In this document: positions 34,020 through 46,931 of the stretch, in pieces
Position numbering within the stretch: the stretch's first letter is position 1
Layout of the letters: the number at the start of each line of letters is the position of its first letter
Assembly: GCA_030704615.1 (NCBI GenBank)
Contig: CM060734.1
Coordinates: forward strand, 4,216,001-4,280,000
From: Takakia lepidozioides
Taxonomy: Eukaryota > Plantae > Bryophyta
Length of the DNA: 64,000 nucleotides
Direction: 5' to 3'
Made by a program: the position numbers and the translations under genes
Notes under the pieces: model-generated
Databases searched by the model: none
What the model was told of the DNA's origin: nothing
Seen by the model: only the letters and a program-made list of their open reading frames with translations

Positions 34020-36098
34020 AGATGAGGGTGCGCACATTTTGCCGTTGTGGCTTTCACCAAAGCCATTTCAGCAGAATGTCTTTGGATCTGGACATGACCT
34101 CTGAGCAGAACACTTCATCTTCCCGTCAGGATGCCCCGATTAGTACCTAGGGCGACTCTTGTGAGGCTTCGGATGTCCTTGGACAAGTGGGTTGTGCCGG
34201 AGCAACACCTGCTTCAACACCTCTTTGTACCCCTACACTTCAACGGAGTAGAGGATTACAGCAGCAATCCATGCAAGAAGGTCTTAACTTGTCTGCGAAA
34301 AGACAGTTGGATAAAAAATGGGCGTAGTTTTTCTTCGAGGCCAACATACCATTTAATGTGGCAAGGCTTCCGGCATTTGTTTCTGCCGTTAGAGCAACCT
34401 CGGAGTCCAAATCCACGTAAATGTCTCCGACTTATCACAATCTCCGCACATGATTGCTAAAAGACGCCATGACCGAGCTTATCCAAAAGGTCAACGATAG
34501 GACGGGCGAGTGCATCAGAAAATATGGAAGCACTATATGTGCCAATGGTTGGAGTTCTGTCACAAACAAACCGTTGTTCAATGTCATGCTCGTATGTCCA
34601 GCTGGGGAACAATTTTTGGGATCGGTCGACACTAGCGGCGAGAAGAAAGATGGACGTTATCAATGCCAACTATTGACGGACTTCATCGAACAGGTTGGAA
34701 GTGATAGAATCGTGCAAATATGCACAGACAATGCCGCTAACATGAGAAACATTGCAGACATGTTGTTGACACGTTATCCCCATATGTACTATCAAGGTTG
34801 TGCTGCTCATATCCTTGACCTCATTTTGGAAGATTGGGGAAAAAAACAGTGGGTGAAACAACTTGTCAAGCGAGCGAAGACTGTTGTGTCGTTCATCCAC
34901 ACACACCACATCCCTTTGGCAATATATAGGAGGCACGAACCCAAATACAGCCTCCGCAATCCAGGCGAAATTCGTTTTGTCACTAACTTCTTGATGGTGG
35001 ATCGGTTGGTGACGGTGAAGAGCAGTCTGAAGCACACCATCATCGATCCTTAATGGGATGCGTACACACGGACATTGCGGGACTCCAGAAAAGCCAAGTT
35101 ATTGGGCAAAAGTCGAAAAGTTTGAAATAACATTCGTAGCGATGATTTCTGGAAGAAATGTGAAAACTTTGTTTATATGGTAGAGCCGGTGTTAATCGTC
35201 TTGCGGGAGTTTGATGGAAAGCAACCAGTAATGGGCAATGCATGGTTACTAATGCAAAATCTTGATAAGCACGTCCAATCCTTGAGGCATCCTCCCTTCT
35301 CCTTGGAACCTGAACTTGCGGACAGTGCTAAGGATGCATTTTACGACCGTCGTTCGATGGTTCGAACGGACTTGCATTATGCGGGGGCTTTGCTCAATCC
35401 ATTCTTGCTCGACAATACCATGCTCCGAGGCGACGTTGATGCCAAGGCTGGCCTCGTGCGAGTGCTTATGTGACTGGCTCTGCCGAACCATGCAGAGAGA
35501 GCTATATCCGAGTATCAATGCTTCTCAGATCGCTGCGACCCTTTTGAGGACATTGGCTCCCATTGCGAAGCGTATTCTTGCTCAAGTGTGCTCTGCCTCA
35601 TCTTGCGAACGCAATTGGAGCAGTTACTCATTTGTTCACAACAAGATTCGCAACAGGTTGAATTCCGCGAGGGCTGACAAATTGGTGTATGTGTATATCA
35701 ATTGCCGACTGCTACGTGAGAGGGCAGCGGATGATGCTGCAGCATGGTATGAGAGGAATTTGCATTCCGAAGACTCTGCTTCTGAGGCTGATTCGATGAG
35801 TGACGATACTGAGCCTCAGAGAGAATCATCTGCCTCCGATAGTGAAGATGGATCCGATGATGCTCCCGAAAGTGCGTATGACCCGTTTACATTCATAGAG
35901 GAGGATGTTTATATCCAGCCGACCTTTGATGACCTTCTTGAAGAACTGCGTATCGCAGATGAAGGTGAAGCTGCAATTGTGTCATCCCCAGAACATGGTC
36001 CTCAAAATGAGTTGGGGTCGACCCTCGCCCCCCACTACACGCTGAAGTCACCGGTAGTGCCTCAATGGAGCTTAGGGGTGATGTACTGCCATGACTGA
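34020..36098 (+). pseudogene. hAT transposase (DUF659 plus C-terminal dimerisation domain)
   Basis: FFFEANIPFNVA; ICANGWS (catalytic D to N); QICTDNAANM; GCAAHILDL; SASSCERNWSSYSFVHNKIRNRL..KLVYV; stops and frameshifts. Confidence 0.95.
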
Positions 36099-37024
36099 TC
36101 GATGTACGCAACCCTGTTCATACAAACGATGGTGTCGAACCCATTGTACAGTCGACGGGACGGGATCATGCCTCACCAATACGACCAACTCCACCACAAT
36201 GCCAAAACCGATCCAGCTCCCCATCAACACAGCGGGCATTATGGAGCAACAGGGTTAATCTGTTTTCCACACGCATGCATCATTCTGCTGCATTGGACCG
36301 GACGGAAGTTGAAGCCTCGGATGATGACAACCTGCCACTACAATTCCACCTTAACCGACGTGTTGCGCAGCAGACCCGTGGTTCCTCACATGCCGGACCA
36401 TCTAATGCCGGTCCATCTCGGGCAGCCCCCCCTCCGGAACCTCCTTCGATTACGTCCCAAGTCCATAAACGACAGAGAACAGTCCAACCTTTTGTAGGCG
36501 ATCGGCCTACAAACAGGTCAGATACCGTGGATGGTATTCAAGACCGGAGTAGGAGTCGACCTCAGAGAGAACTAAATGTGGTTCGAGGTCGCTTGCAGAT
36601 TTAAAGGCCTGGACATATGAGGTCGGATAGGGAGGACGATTCCAGCACTGATCATGGCAACGGTGGTGAAGTCGAGGGTGACCCGGATTTTCAACCCATC
36701 GGAGCATTAAGATTATGATCTTCTTCGTCCCGCCGTCGAAGCAGTAAAAGGAATTGAAGCAAAACAACTGTAGGCATGCATCAGCACTTTTTAGTGGACA
36801 TGTTTATATTTCTGTACTGAAGTAATACCAATGTGATCATTGTCACTATGAGTATTTGTATTGATGTTGTGTATGTATTGGAAAATAAAAGATGTTGCCC
36901 ATGTGTATACCAGCCAAAATGTCGGCCAAAGGCACCGTCACTTGCTCATGTTTGTGTTCGGTGATTTGTTTGTGGAATGGAGAACAATTGTGCCATGCTT
37001 CCAACTGTGCATTCATTTTTATTT

Positions 37025-38260
37025 AAATGGAGCGATCGCCAAGGTGGCGGTCGCTTCTACGAGGTCTGCCCTCTGCTTGGAGCGAGGAATGAGGGGGGGG
37101 GGATATAAGCTCCCAGTCATTATCTTGGAAATGAAGCGACCGCCGTTTCTGGCGGTCGTTTTTTTGTTTTTTTGAGCAAAATGGAGCGACCGCCATTAGG
37201 GGCGGTCGCCGTTATTGTTGTTTTTTGTAATTGCAGCGACCGCCAAGGTGGCGGTCGCTTCTACGAAGTGTGCCCTGCGCATAGAGCGAGGAGTGAGGCG
37301 GGGGGCATATAAGCTCCGGGACATTCTCCCCTCACTTCGCTTGAAGTTTTTTTTTGTTTTTATAAATGCAACGACCGCCATTACTGGCGGTCGTTTTTTT
37401 TTTTTTGGCGAAATGGAGCGACCGCCATTTGTGGCGGTCGTTTTTTTTGTTTTTAAATGGAGCGACCGCCATGGTGGTGGTCGCTTCTACGAGGTCTGCC
37501 CTACGCGTAGAGCAAGGAACGAGGCGGGGGGGGGGGCATATAAGCCCCTTGTCATTTTCCCCTCACTTCTATTACTGACACTTTTTGTTTTTACAAAATG
37601 CAACAACCGCCATTTCTGGCGGTCGCTGTAATGGTTATTTTTTAAGATGCAATGACCGCCATTACTGGCGGTCGCTTTTATTTTAATTATTTTGGAAATG
37701 AAATGACCGCCTATGTTGGCGGTGGCTTATTTATTTTAAAGTTTTTGAAAATGAAGCGACCGCCTATGTTGGCAGTCGCTTATTTATTTGAAATGTTTTG
37801 AAAATGAAGCGACCGCCTATGCTGGCGGTCCCTTATTTTTTTTTTAATTTAAAAAAAAAATGAAGCGACCGCCTATGTTTGCGGTCGCTTTTTTTGTTTT
37901 AAAGTTTTTGAAAATGAAGCGACCGCCTATGTTGGCGGTCGCTTATTTATTTTAAAGTTTTTGAAAATGAAGCGACTGCCTATGTTGGCGGTCGCTTATT
38001 TATTTTAAATGTTTTAAAAATGATCGTCTATGCTGGCGGTCGCTTATTTATTTATTTTAAATGAAGCGAACGCCTTTGTTGGCGGTCGCTTATTTTTTTT
38101 AATTTTTGTAAAATGAAGTGACCGCCTATGTTGGCGGTCGTTTTTTTTTTTTTTTTTCCCGGAAAATGGAGCGACCGCCAAGTTGGCGGTCGCTTCTAGA
38201 AGATTCGCCCTGCACGTGGCCCGAGAAATGAGGGCGGGGGGGGGGGATATAAGCCAAGGG
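37025..38260. repeat. Second GCGACCGCC/GGCGGTCGC array, including four copies of a motif-plus-TATA cassette
   Basis: GCGACCGCC..GGCGGTCGCTTCTA..GCCCT..GGGGG(G/C)ATATAAGC at ~37028, 37233, 37458 and 38167. Confidence 0.9.
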
Positions 38261-38567
38261 AGGCTTATTCTCCCCTCACTTCCTCTCACACTACTTCTGT
38301 GTGCGTGACATTTCATTATTCCACGACACGTAGTCACGTGGAGAAGGAGGCCATTGGTTGGGTGGGGGGTATTTTTTGCCGCAATTTCTGTGAGGTCGTT
38401 GCAGAATGCTCCCATAGGCCCTCCTCTGGCTTCCAGGATCATTTTATTCTACAAAATTAGCTTTTAGGAACTATTTTGACACCTACTCAAACCTACTTAA
38501 CGGGGGAAGGGTTTAGAGTTACGTCTTTTTAAAAAACATCGTTTTGTGTTGCTCCGATTGTTGTAGA

Positions 38568-40866
38568 ATGGCAGAGGGCCAGGACGATGACCATCATGGA
38601 AGAGATGACCCCAATGAACATGGACCGCCCCCTAAAAAAATCAAAGGGTCAAGGCAAGACTTGAATTGGGAAGTATTTGGTGACCTTGGCATACTAGCAG
38701 AAGAGGGTTGGGAGGATGTTCCGGAAGAGTTCCGGTGGCCGATGGCGAGATGCAAAAAATTCGTGAAATGGTACCACATCAATCGATTGTGGCCTTTGGA
38801 TAGGCATGACGTGCAAACCCGAAACAATTACACAGAGTCCAGGTCTTGCACGAACTTGCATTTTCATCATAGGGCGAATGAGGTGCATTGCACATTGTGG
38901 GGTCAACCTCTCTTAAAGGGTCAAATCCCGTACACCTTGGCAGCCATGTTGTACGTGGAGGTCATACTCTTGCGTCCAGTGAATTGGCAAACTGCTAGTA
39001 GGAGGAACGCAAGGTTGCTATACAATTTGGAGTACATCCCGGACACGTTCGGAATACAACCGGCGCAACGTTAGAGGAACAACTGGCGGAAAGAGACCAG
39101 CGAATCAGGACCCTACAGGACCGACTAGACTGGCAAACACTGCGCATAGCCGAGTTGGAAGCTAGATTGCAAGACATGCCTCCAAACAATGAAGGTACTG
39201 TTTCCACAATGAGGATTGAACAAACGTCATGGACATGGACGCGGAGTTTGCGATACCCGATCGCAGTATTGACCTCATCATTCAGGAAGTTACGGACGTC
39301 CTTGACCCTGTGGCCGATGAAACCATGGTTGAGGAACAGTGAATTGCGGATGAGAGAAGGAGGAAAGGAAAAGAACCAGTACTGGAAACCGGGGAATGCT
39401 CGAGGGTCGCCATTCAACCGGAGATGAACCCGATATTAGATGTCGACCGCGTTATAAAGGAGTGGGACATTGCCATGGCAACTGCATGGCGCTTGTCCAA
39501 AACGCTGGAGATTCAGGCATGGGTCCCATTGAATGGCGATTGGGAGAATTGGATACAATGGGCGACCCATTTGGCCTCCAAAGAAGCACGGGTAGAGCGG
39601 GCACTGTCAGGCTTGCAACGTGTCGCACGCATGTCGAACCGGTAGCGTAGATAGCATTTATGCCAACATGCAAAGGTATAACGATCTCCGTATTGCATCA
39701 AACGTGTTCGCCGGGTATACCAATTGGGCAGATGTGGATTCTATGTTCGATCGATGTGAGCACATAATTTCGGGGTCGAACAGAAGCATAAACTGGGAAT
39801 TGGAGATAGAGGAAGAGTGGGACACCACAACAAGGATGACCAGCCACATCAAACCGGCCTAGTGGGAGGAGATACCACGAGGCGTTTTGCCATCATGGAT
39901 ATCAGATAGCACAGTTTGTTCGATGTGTAGGAATCCGTACGGCATATGTTCCATCTCACATGTCTTATCCCGCAAGCCTTGCGGACGAGCGCTTGCCTAG
40001 AATGTCGTACACCAATCCATCGCCGTTTCTATGAGCTGGTGGGCTTGGAGGATCAAATGCCCATAGGTTTTGAATACAATCGACACAACCTCCCATTGGA
40101 TGGGCTACCATACACATTTCTGAATTGTGTGCATTGGGGCAATAACTTGGTATGGGATGCAGACAGAGAGATGCATGGCATACATGCCGGAAACCCGACA
40201 TACATCAAAGATCCCCAGTATTTCTGGGTCAATTGGGAGATAACCATACATGCGGGAGGTATTCGAGATTGGTGGGAGAGATAGAAGTTTTGCCGCAATC
40301 TGGGAGGGCATTGGAGTCAAAGAAGGTCGAGGTTTATCCGGCTCCCATAGGTTCCATGGGTGCCGGAGGAGAACGAATTGTATGACCGACAACCGATTGG
40401 GAGACATTTGTTGCTGTCCGAACTGGAAGATGCTATAATATATCAACGCCGAATGAATGATGCGTACGAGGTGGCTTATCATCGAAACGACACAATGATT
40501 AGGGACAGGGCCCGCGAGAGGCAGTTGGAAAGTTTCAAAAGTATCATCAAGGCAGTTGTAGAGAAATGGAGGCGATTATGGACAGACCGTTATCATCGTG
40601 TTTCGGAGGCTGTATTGCCGGATGTGGATGGCCTCGTTGCCAATTTGCATGCAGCCCGAGCACTTGTTCTCGATCCACCTCCGCCACGTCGTGAGAGTGA
40701 AGAAGAAAGTCAACTTTCGCCACGAAGTAGGCGGATGCAGGCCAGAATTGATCATATGCCATTGGGCCCCTCATTGACCACGAAATCGCGGTCGCAAGCT
40801 CTGCCAATTGGCAGTGAAAATCAAGCCACGACATCAAATTCCACATCCTCGGATAGTGACGACTAG
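38568..40866 (+). pseudogene. Cargo gene: NLS-like PPPKKIK, unknown N-terminal domain, coiled coil and RING-H2 finger (frameshifted)
   Basis: CSMC..[deletion]..HMFHLTC...CLECR at 39917-40010; LEEQLAERDQRIRTLQDRL coiled coil; chain of same-strand ORFs. Confidence 0.7.
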
Positions 40867-41317
40867 GCTTTTAATGACTGGCAGCGTAGTACATATACAA
40901 TATGCATTTTTGTTGTACCTTGAATATTGTTGGAAAACACAGTGATGGCATTCCGCCAAGTTTGTATATCACCAATTTTGTTAATACACAATGCACATGT
41001 GCGGCACCTGCCAAATTCAATTGCATGAGCAGTGTTTTCTTCACATTTACACTCGTGTGATGGGGAAGAAGTAGTTCACCCTGTAAACAAATTTACAATG
41101 GTGTCATATTTGGTCATGACGTGTATATGGGTATTTGCAATGAACTCCGAAAGCTGGAGAACAAGGAAAATTGATGTTAACAAATAAGTTATAACGAGTT
41201 ACGAACGGTCATCTTTCAAACAAATTTCGCCTGGTCCCTGCGTATTTCATAATCATTTCGCAAAATCTATGATCTTTCTACGAACATACCCACAAAGTTC
41301 TCAAAGCACAAAATAAT

Positions 41318-42690
41318 TTCGATTGATCTCATATTACACTGGGACGTATCAGAGGGTACATTGAACACACTGGCCAAGTTTCAAAGCAAACAAAAATCAT
41401 TTGGATGGGCAACCATCCGTTGGCCCATTGAACGAATTTCGATTGAACTCATATTACTCTGGGGCCTCTTACATGGCACATTCCAAGTCTCAAAGCGAAC
41501 CAAAATCATTTCGATGGCCAACCATCCGTTGAGCCATCGAATGAATTTCGATTGATCTGATATTAGTCCGGGACCTGTGAGAGGGTGTCTGGAACGTGCT
41601 GGCAAAGTTTGGAAGCTAACAAAAATGATTTGGATGGACAACCATCCGTTCACCCGTTGAATGTATTATGTTGGAGCTGTTATTGCTTTGGGACCTGTTG
41701 GACTGTGTTTCGCGTGCTCATGATTTTTTTTTTTATTCCATTTTTGAATGGGGCGTGTAATGTAGCCATATGCAATATGCGTGCCAAATTTGGGAGTGAT
41801 CAAAATTCATTTGGACCCAAAACCACAGTTTCTTCCCTGTTTTGCACTCCAAACTTGATTTGTGTTCTACTTCATGCACTCTTTATAGAGAATTCTGCAA
41901 TAGTGAGCGAGAGAGAACATTTTTTTTTTTTTTGGGCATTTTTTATTGGTCCAAATTTTGGCGGGGGAGTAGCCGTGGGATACTGGAAGCCGCAAAACAA
42001 AATTGAGCCAAAAACAAAATGGATACGTGCCAGAAACCCCCACTGAAAGGCAGTGCAAACCTATTTATTGGCTTAAAATAAATTTAAATTTAATTAAATT
42101 GTGGAATGGCTCGAGGGGGGAGCGCGTCGATGGGGAGGCAAATGATTTATTCGTCTGTTGTGTCTTCGCACATGTGTCGCACACATGTTCAAGCATATGC
42201 GGGCAAAAGAGGGGCTTCAACCACATCTGTTCAATGGATGCAATAGCCGTGCACGCATTGCAGGATTTTTTTTTCGCATTGAACAAAAACCAGATGACAA
42301 GTGAACGCCTCATTGGACAATTGAATGATTTTCGATTGATCTCGTATTACACTGGGACGTATCAGAGGGTACATTGAACACACTGGCCAAGTTTCAAAGC
42401 GAACGAAAATCATTTGGATGAGCAACCATCCGTTGAGCGAATTTCGATTGATCTCATATTATAGTGGCCAAGTCTCAAAGCGAACCAAAATCATTTCGAT
42501 GGCCAACCATTCGTTGAGCCATCGAATGAATTTCGATTGATCTGATATTAGTCCGGGACCTGATACATGGTATGTTGAACATAGTGGCAAAGATTGAAAG
42601 CAAACGAAAATCATTTGGATGGGCAACCATTCAATTGCCCATTGAATGAATGGGGTTTCGTCTTCGATTATACTGGGACCTGTTACATGG
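41318..42690. repeat. ~110-120 bp minisatellite in two blocks (41318-41660, 42330-42690)
   Basis: TTCGATTGATCT.ATATTA..GGGAC...AAAATCATTT.GATGG.CAACCATCCGTTG units with an internal hairpin. Confidence 0.9.
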
Positions 42691-42711
42691 TATGCCCTTT
42701 GAAGCTTTTTT

Positions 42712-42994
42712 TGTAGTGTCTCATGCCTCGTAATGCGGTGCTTCTCCATGTCCACTTTATCCAATATGTTAATATTCTCCACCTGAAACAGATCCACATA
42801 TAAGTGCATAAATCCTTAAAAAAACAAATGACCATCTCAACTTTTATAAGCCTCATCCCCAGCTTCCAGTTTTGATGGTCATTTGTTTTTTTTAAGTTAT
42901 ATACGCATGTGTGGATATGTTCTAGATAGAAGATGTTAGCATTGGAAAAATAAGAGTTGGAGAAGCACCTCATTACGAAGCAAGTGACATTACA
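42712..42994. repeat. Foldback 1 (arms ~130 bp, loop ~25 nt)
   Basis: CTTAAAAAAACAAATGACCATC / GATGGTCATTTGTTTTTTTTAAG and CGTAATG.GGTGCTTCTCCA / TGGAGAAGCACC.CATTACG. Confidence 0.9.
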
Positions 42995-43124
42995 TAAGAC
43001 CTCAGCGTGTTGAACATCTGGATGAAGAACCTTGCTCATCGTCGCTTCAAAGTTCTAGCGCTTCTGAAATGATCACATGTTTGTTGGTGGAAGCAGATCT
43101 CGTAGGCCACATTGATCTCGTACC

Positions 43125-43255
43125 CATCGAAGACTCCCGTAGGCCACATAGAACGGTTCATGTGATACATTTTCACAAATGCGAAATGATACATTTGTGA
43201 AATGGTATCACATCAACCGTTTAATATGGCCAATGCACGTCTTCCGCACCATGGC
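43125..43255. ncRNA. Foldback 2, pre-miRNA-like hairpin homologous to 38758-38787
   Basis: 30 bp near-perfect stem 43152-43181 / 43192-43221 with a 10 nt loop. The hairpin is directly visible; RNA function is inferred. Confidence 0.5.
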
Positions 43256-43297
43256 GGAAATGTTCGTCACTTGAAAGCACAAACACAAATAATCCGT

Positions 43298-43680
43298 GCA
43301 AACAATCTCAAGAATCATATGTACTGCAAGGTGTTTCATACTGCCAATGTTCATGCAGCAGAATTATTTAGGAATCGCTTTGCTACTCCCATGCCAACAA
43401 CATTATGTCCACTGCGACTGTCATATTCCGAATTCCGTATCAGCCACCACGAACATGAAACCAGGAACTTCGCACAAAATCTCCAATTCATTCAATTTAT
43501 GGTGGGCCATGGCTGCAGCCTGCAAGCTGGCCGGGGTGGCTGACACGTCCGTTTGAACATGACAGTCTCAGAGGACGTTGGCATAGGAATAGCAAAAAAA
43601 GTACTACAGAATTCAGCTAGAGGAACAACAATAGCATGAAACACCTTACCGTAAATATGATTGTTGACATTGGTTGTGAC
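43298..43680. repeat. Foldback 3 (diverged arms ~130 bp)
   Basis: AATCATAT.TAC.G.AAGGTGTTTCAT...TTTGCTA.TCC.ATGCCAAC on both strands; ORFs 43202(+) and 43492(-) give similar peptides. Confidence 0.8.
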
Positions 43681-43743
43681 AGCTCCAATCAATAGAGAAC
43701 TCGCACCATCAGTTGCGCTCCAACAGCAGTACCGGTCCCCCGA

Positions 43744-44276
43744 GTAAATAAAATTCCGTTGTAAATAATAAATTGCATACGCTCGAACCTCACAAATGTC
43801 ATTTCAACACAACCGGCCGTGTATTGTGGCATTGTTTGTAACTGCGAATGTTTCAATGTTTCTGACAGGGTACTGAGAAAATGATATATTGGATTCATAG
43901 GAGTTAGACAACAAACGTTCTATATCTCATTCAACTGTGCGATACTACTATGAGTGACATGGATAAAAAAGTAATAGGTGTACATGCGACCTCCGCACGT
44001 TTAAGTAGAGACCTAGTATCAAACGTTCGGAGGTCGCATGTGCACCTATTACTTTCCGATCCATTCGTCTCATGGTAGTGTCGCACAGTTAAATGAGAGG
44101 AGACGTTTGTTGTCTAACTCCTACGGAACTAATACATCGTTTTCTCATAACTCTATCCAAAACCTTGGAACATTACAAATATAAACAGTGAGCCAGTACA
44201 CAAACCATTTATGTTGCGGTGACAGGTGCCAGGGTCGAGTATATGCAATGTAGTATTTACAATGGGACTTTATTTA
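43744..44276. repeat. Foldback 4 (arms ~257 bp, loop 18 nt)
   Basis: AGGAGTTAGACAACAAACGT / ACGTTTGTTGTCTAACTCCT and AGTAATAGGTG.ACATGCGACCTCCG and its inverse. Confidence 0.95.
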
Positions 44277-44359
44277 TTACATGTACGATCAAAATTGAGT
44301 TATGTCTTCATAAAAGAACCATTGTACCGCCATAAATCTCATATCTACAAGACTATGGT

Positions 44360-45744
44360 CTACTCCGTCCTATATACGTCTTTCGGCTCAGGCCAATTGA
44401 ATGGCTTGCCCATGAATCGAAGTACTACATGGGCTAATGTGACTCTCTCATTCTTGTTGTTGTCGTACAACCTTTGTAGCATTGAATGCCAACAATCTCC
44501 CGTAAATTGGTCCTGGAACATACTTTGATCATAATGAGCGCCGCCATTTATTCGTACCGCTATCTTCCCAACGGAAAAGGCCTCCGACGTCATGTCCTTG
44601 GGGGGGGGGGCTAAGCCCCAATCACATACCCCAATCTTGATCTCCTCGGTGCCATCTGGAAAATGCAACAAGATGTTGTCGGGGGACAAGTCGTTGTGCA
44701 AGATACCGTTCTTGTGGACAACATCTATGATGCACACCAGTGCCCATGCAAGTTTACTGCGCACTTTCCGGAAACGAAGCAAGCGATCACATTCCTGGAA
44801 CTCTGCTTCCGTTCCCTTTGTTCTAAAATCACCATGTTGTCCGAATCGTTGCCCCATTTTCTGTCAAGGTTCATCATGTCGCGTATTGTCCCCCCGTTCC
44901 ACCAACGAGTGTAACCCTCTACCTCAGGTGTATTCACAGCAAAAAACGAGATAACACCCGGATGCTGGAACTTCACTACCAAACACTCGTCGATATGTTG
45001 TCTCAACGTATTTTCTGGATTTTTGGACTTGGGTTTTTTTCCCGCTAGCTCCCAACGCTCCGGTATTCTAGAATCGCCAACAATCCTACAGTGACGGACC
45101 TTAGCATACCCTCATTCTTTGTAAGGGCCAATCTCTACCACCTTCGCAGTAGAGTTCAGGTAATAAGGACCAGTTGTGCCTCCCCCGCTCGATGACCCCG
45201 CCTTCCAAGAGACAACCCTAGTTTGGCGATGTGAATTCTGACTTGCCGAGCAAGCCCAATACTCAACACGCCGCATTAACTCAGCTTTGGCGGAGGGCAC
45301 TCGACCCTCGGTTGTTCTACCCTTCCATGTCTTCATTAGCTGCCTCAAATTCCACGTGACGTTTTTCGCCCTACTTTGGATCCACCGATTGAACTTCGGC
45401 TTGTCCCTATCCGCCGTCTACTTAACCCCCGCCAAAACGTTTGTCATTTTCCTCTCCATATTTTGCTGAAAAATCTGCAACCCCTCCCATCCATCCTATC
45501 CAAGGCATCCGGTCTCGGGTAGTCTGGCTTGTTGACCTGGCTATCCCGCTTGTGGGCACGTTTTCTCTTCCTCCACCCCCCAGACGATCCCGCCCCAGAA
45601 CTTGAATTCACAACCCTCGACATTGTATAAACCTTTGCCCATTACAGGATCCAAAACCTCAGAAAAATGGAAATGAACGCGTGTGGATGGTATCTTTGTA
45701 GTTTTCTGCAAAAAAACAGGCCGCCGGAGATCCGGAAACGGCAA
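44360..45744 (-). pseudogene. Apparently intronless Ser/Thr-type protein kinase, degenerate
   Basis: E*GYAKV Gly-loop, LAGK, HPGVI, ILHNDLSPDNILL, IGVCDWGLA; activation segment/APE deleted; stops. TATA (CTATATAAA) at 45875-45867. Confidence 0.9.
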
Positions 45745-46185
45745 AATGGTGATACGATGATTGTACCGTGAATAAGTGTGTGGGACTGACCAAGTCTGAA
45801 CTACAGGATGCCAAGGAACCGCACCACAAGAGGGGCAAAAGTGATCAGAAAAGAAGGGGGGAATGCTTTATATAGGCGCCCACCAGCCCCCCCCCCCCCT
45901 CCCCTCCCCAAAAATAAAATAAAATGGCATTATGCTTGAAAAAGCACAACAGGCCAGTAGCACCTCGCCACGTGTCAGCGCGGCGCGACTGGCCAGTCGC
46001 ACCTCGCCACGCGTACCCACATGGGAGAGGTCAAGGGTTCAAAACCACCTCCCCCCATCCCATTTGTTTCGTTTTTCCTGACCCGTGGCACCTCGCCACG
46101 TGGCTGGCCGAGGCGCCGCTTCATGATTAAAAATAAAAAACAAAACGCCACACGGCGGGTCCCTGGATTTCTAAGGAAAAAAAAA

Positions 46186-46270
46186 ACACGCGACCGCTGC
46201 ATGGCGGTCGCTATATTTATAAAAACAAGAAGAGCGACCGCCACATGGCCAATGTAGGCGGTCGCTTATT
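46186..46270. repeat. Truncated GCGACCG/GGCGGTCGC array upstream of the kinase
   Basis: GCGACCGCTGCATGGCGGTCGC and GCGACCGCC..GGCGGTCGC. Confidence 0.8.
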
Positions 46271-46931
46271 TTAAAATGTGTGCTTTTCTTGTACTGATGG
46301 TGGAAATATCCTGGGTGGCTCTTCACCGTGTTTCCAACAATTCATGGTTCCCACAAAGATATACTAACACCTTGGTCTGAGCATGACAAAAGGTTATCAA
46401 ATATGTTCCTGATTGAATTGATGAACCCAAGGCAATGGGAAGGCCAAAGCCATGAGATATCAGCCTCCTCTCCCGCCATGACCATGGTGTGGAGCAAGCA
46501 AGTCCTTCATAAGGTAAGATCTTCTCCAGCAAAAATATGTTGGCTAATTGGGCATGGAGAGTAAGGCATCCTTGAAGGTACCTGAGATAAGCATAGAACA
46601 TCTATAGGGCTTCTGAATGCTGAAATTTTGAGCTAGGCCTTGGTAAGACAGCTTGCTGGAGTAGACGTGTACACCTTATACATGATCCGGTCAATGCACA
46701 TTACTCTTGTTTGCCGGTCCCCTGTAGCCGATGCCTTATGTCAAATTTAGATACCTTATGATAAGAATGAGTTCCATTTCTTTGGCTCAAATGTTTCTAT
46801 GTTTCTCCTAGTTATGGCTTTGCTCGTTATAGCACCATAAAAAATACCCAATTCTGATATGCTGCTGGTAGAGGTTTCGTCTGAATACAAGGTGGTAAAC
46901 CCCTGCCAGACTTCATTACCTAAGTCCCAAT

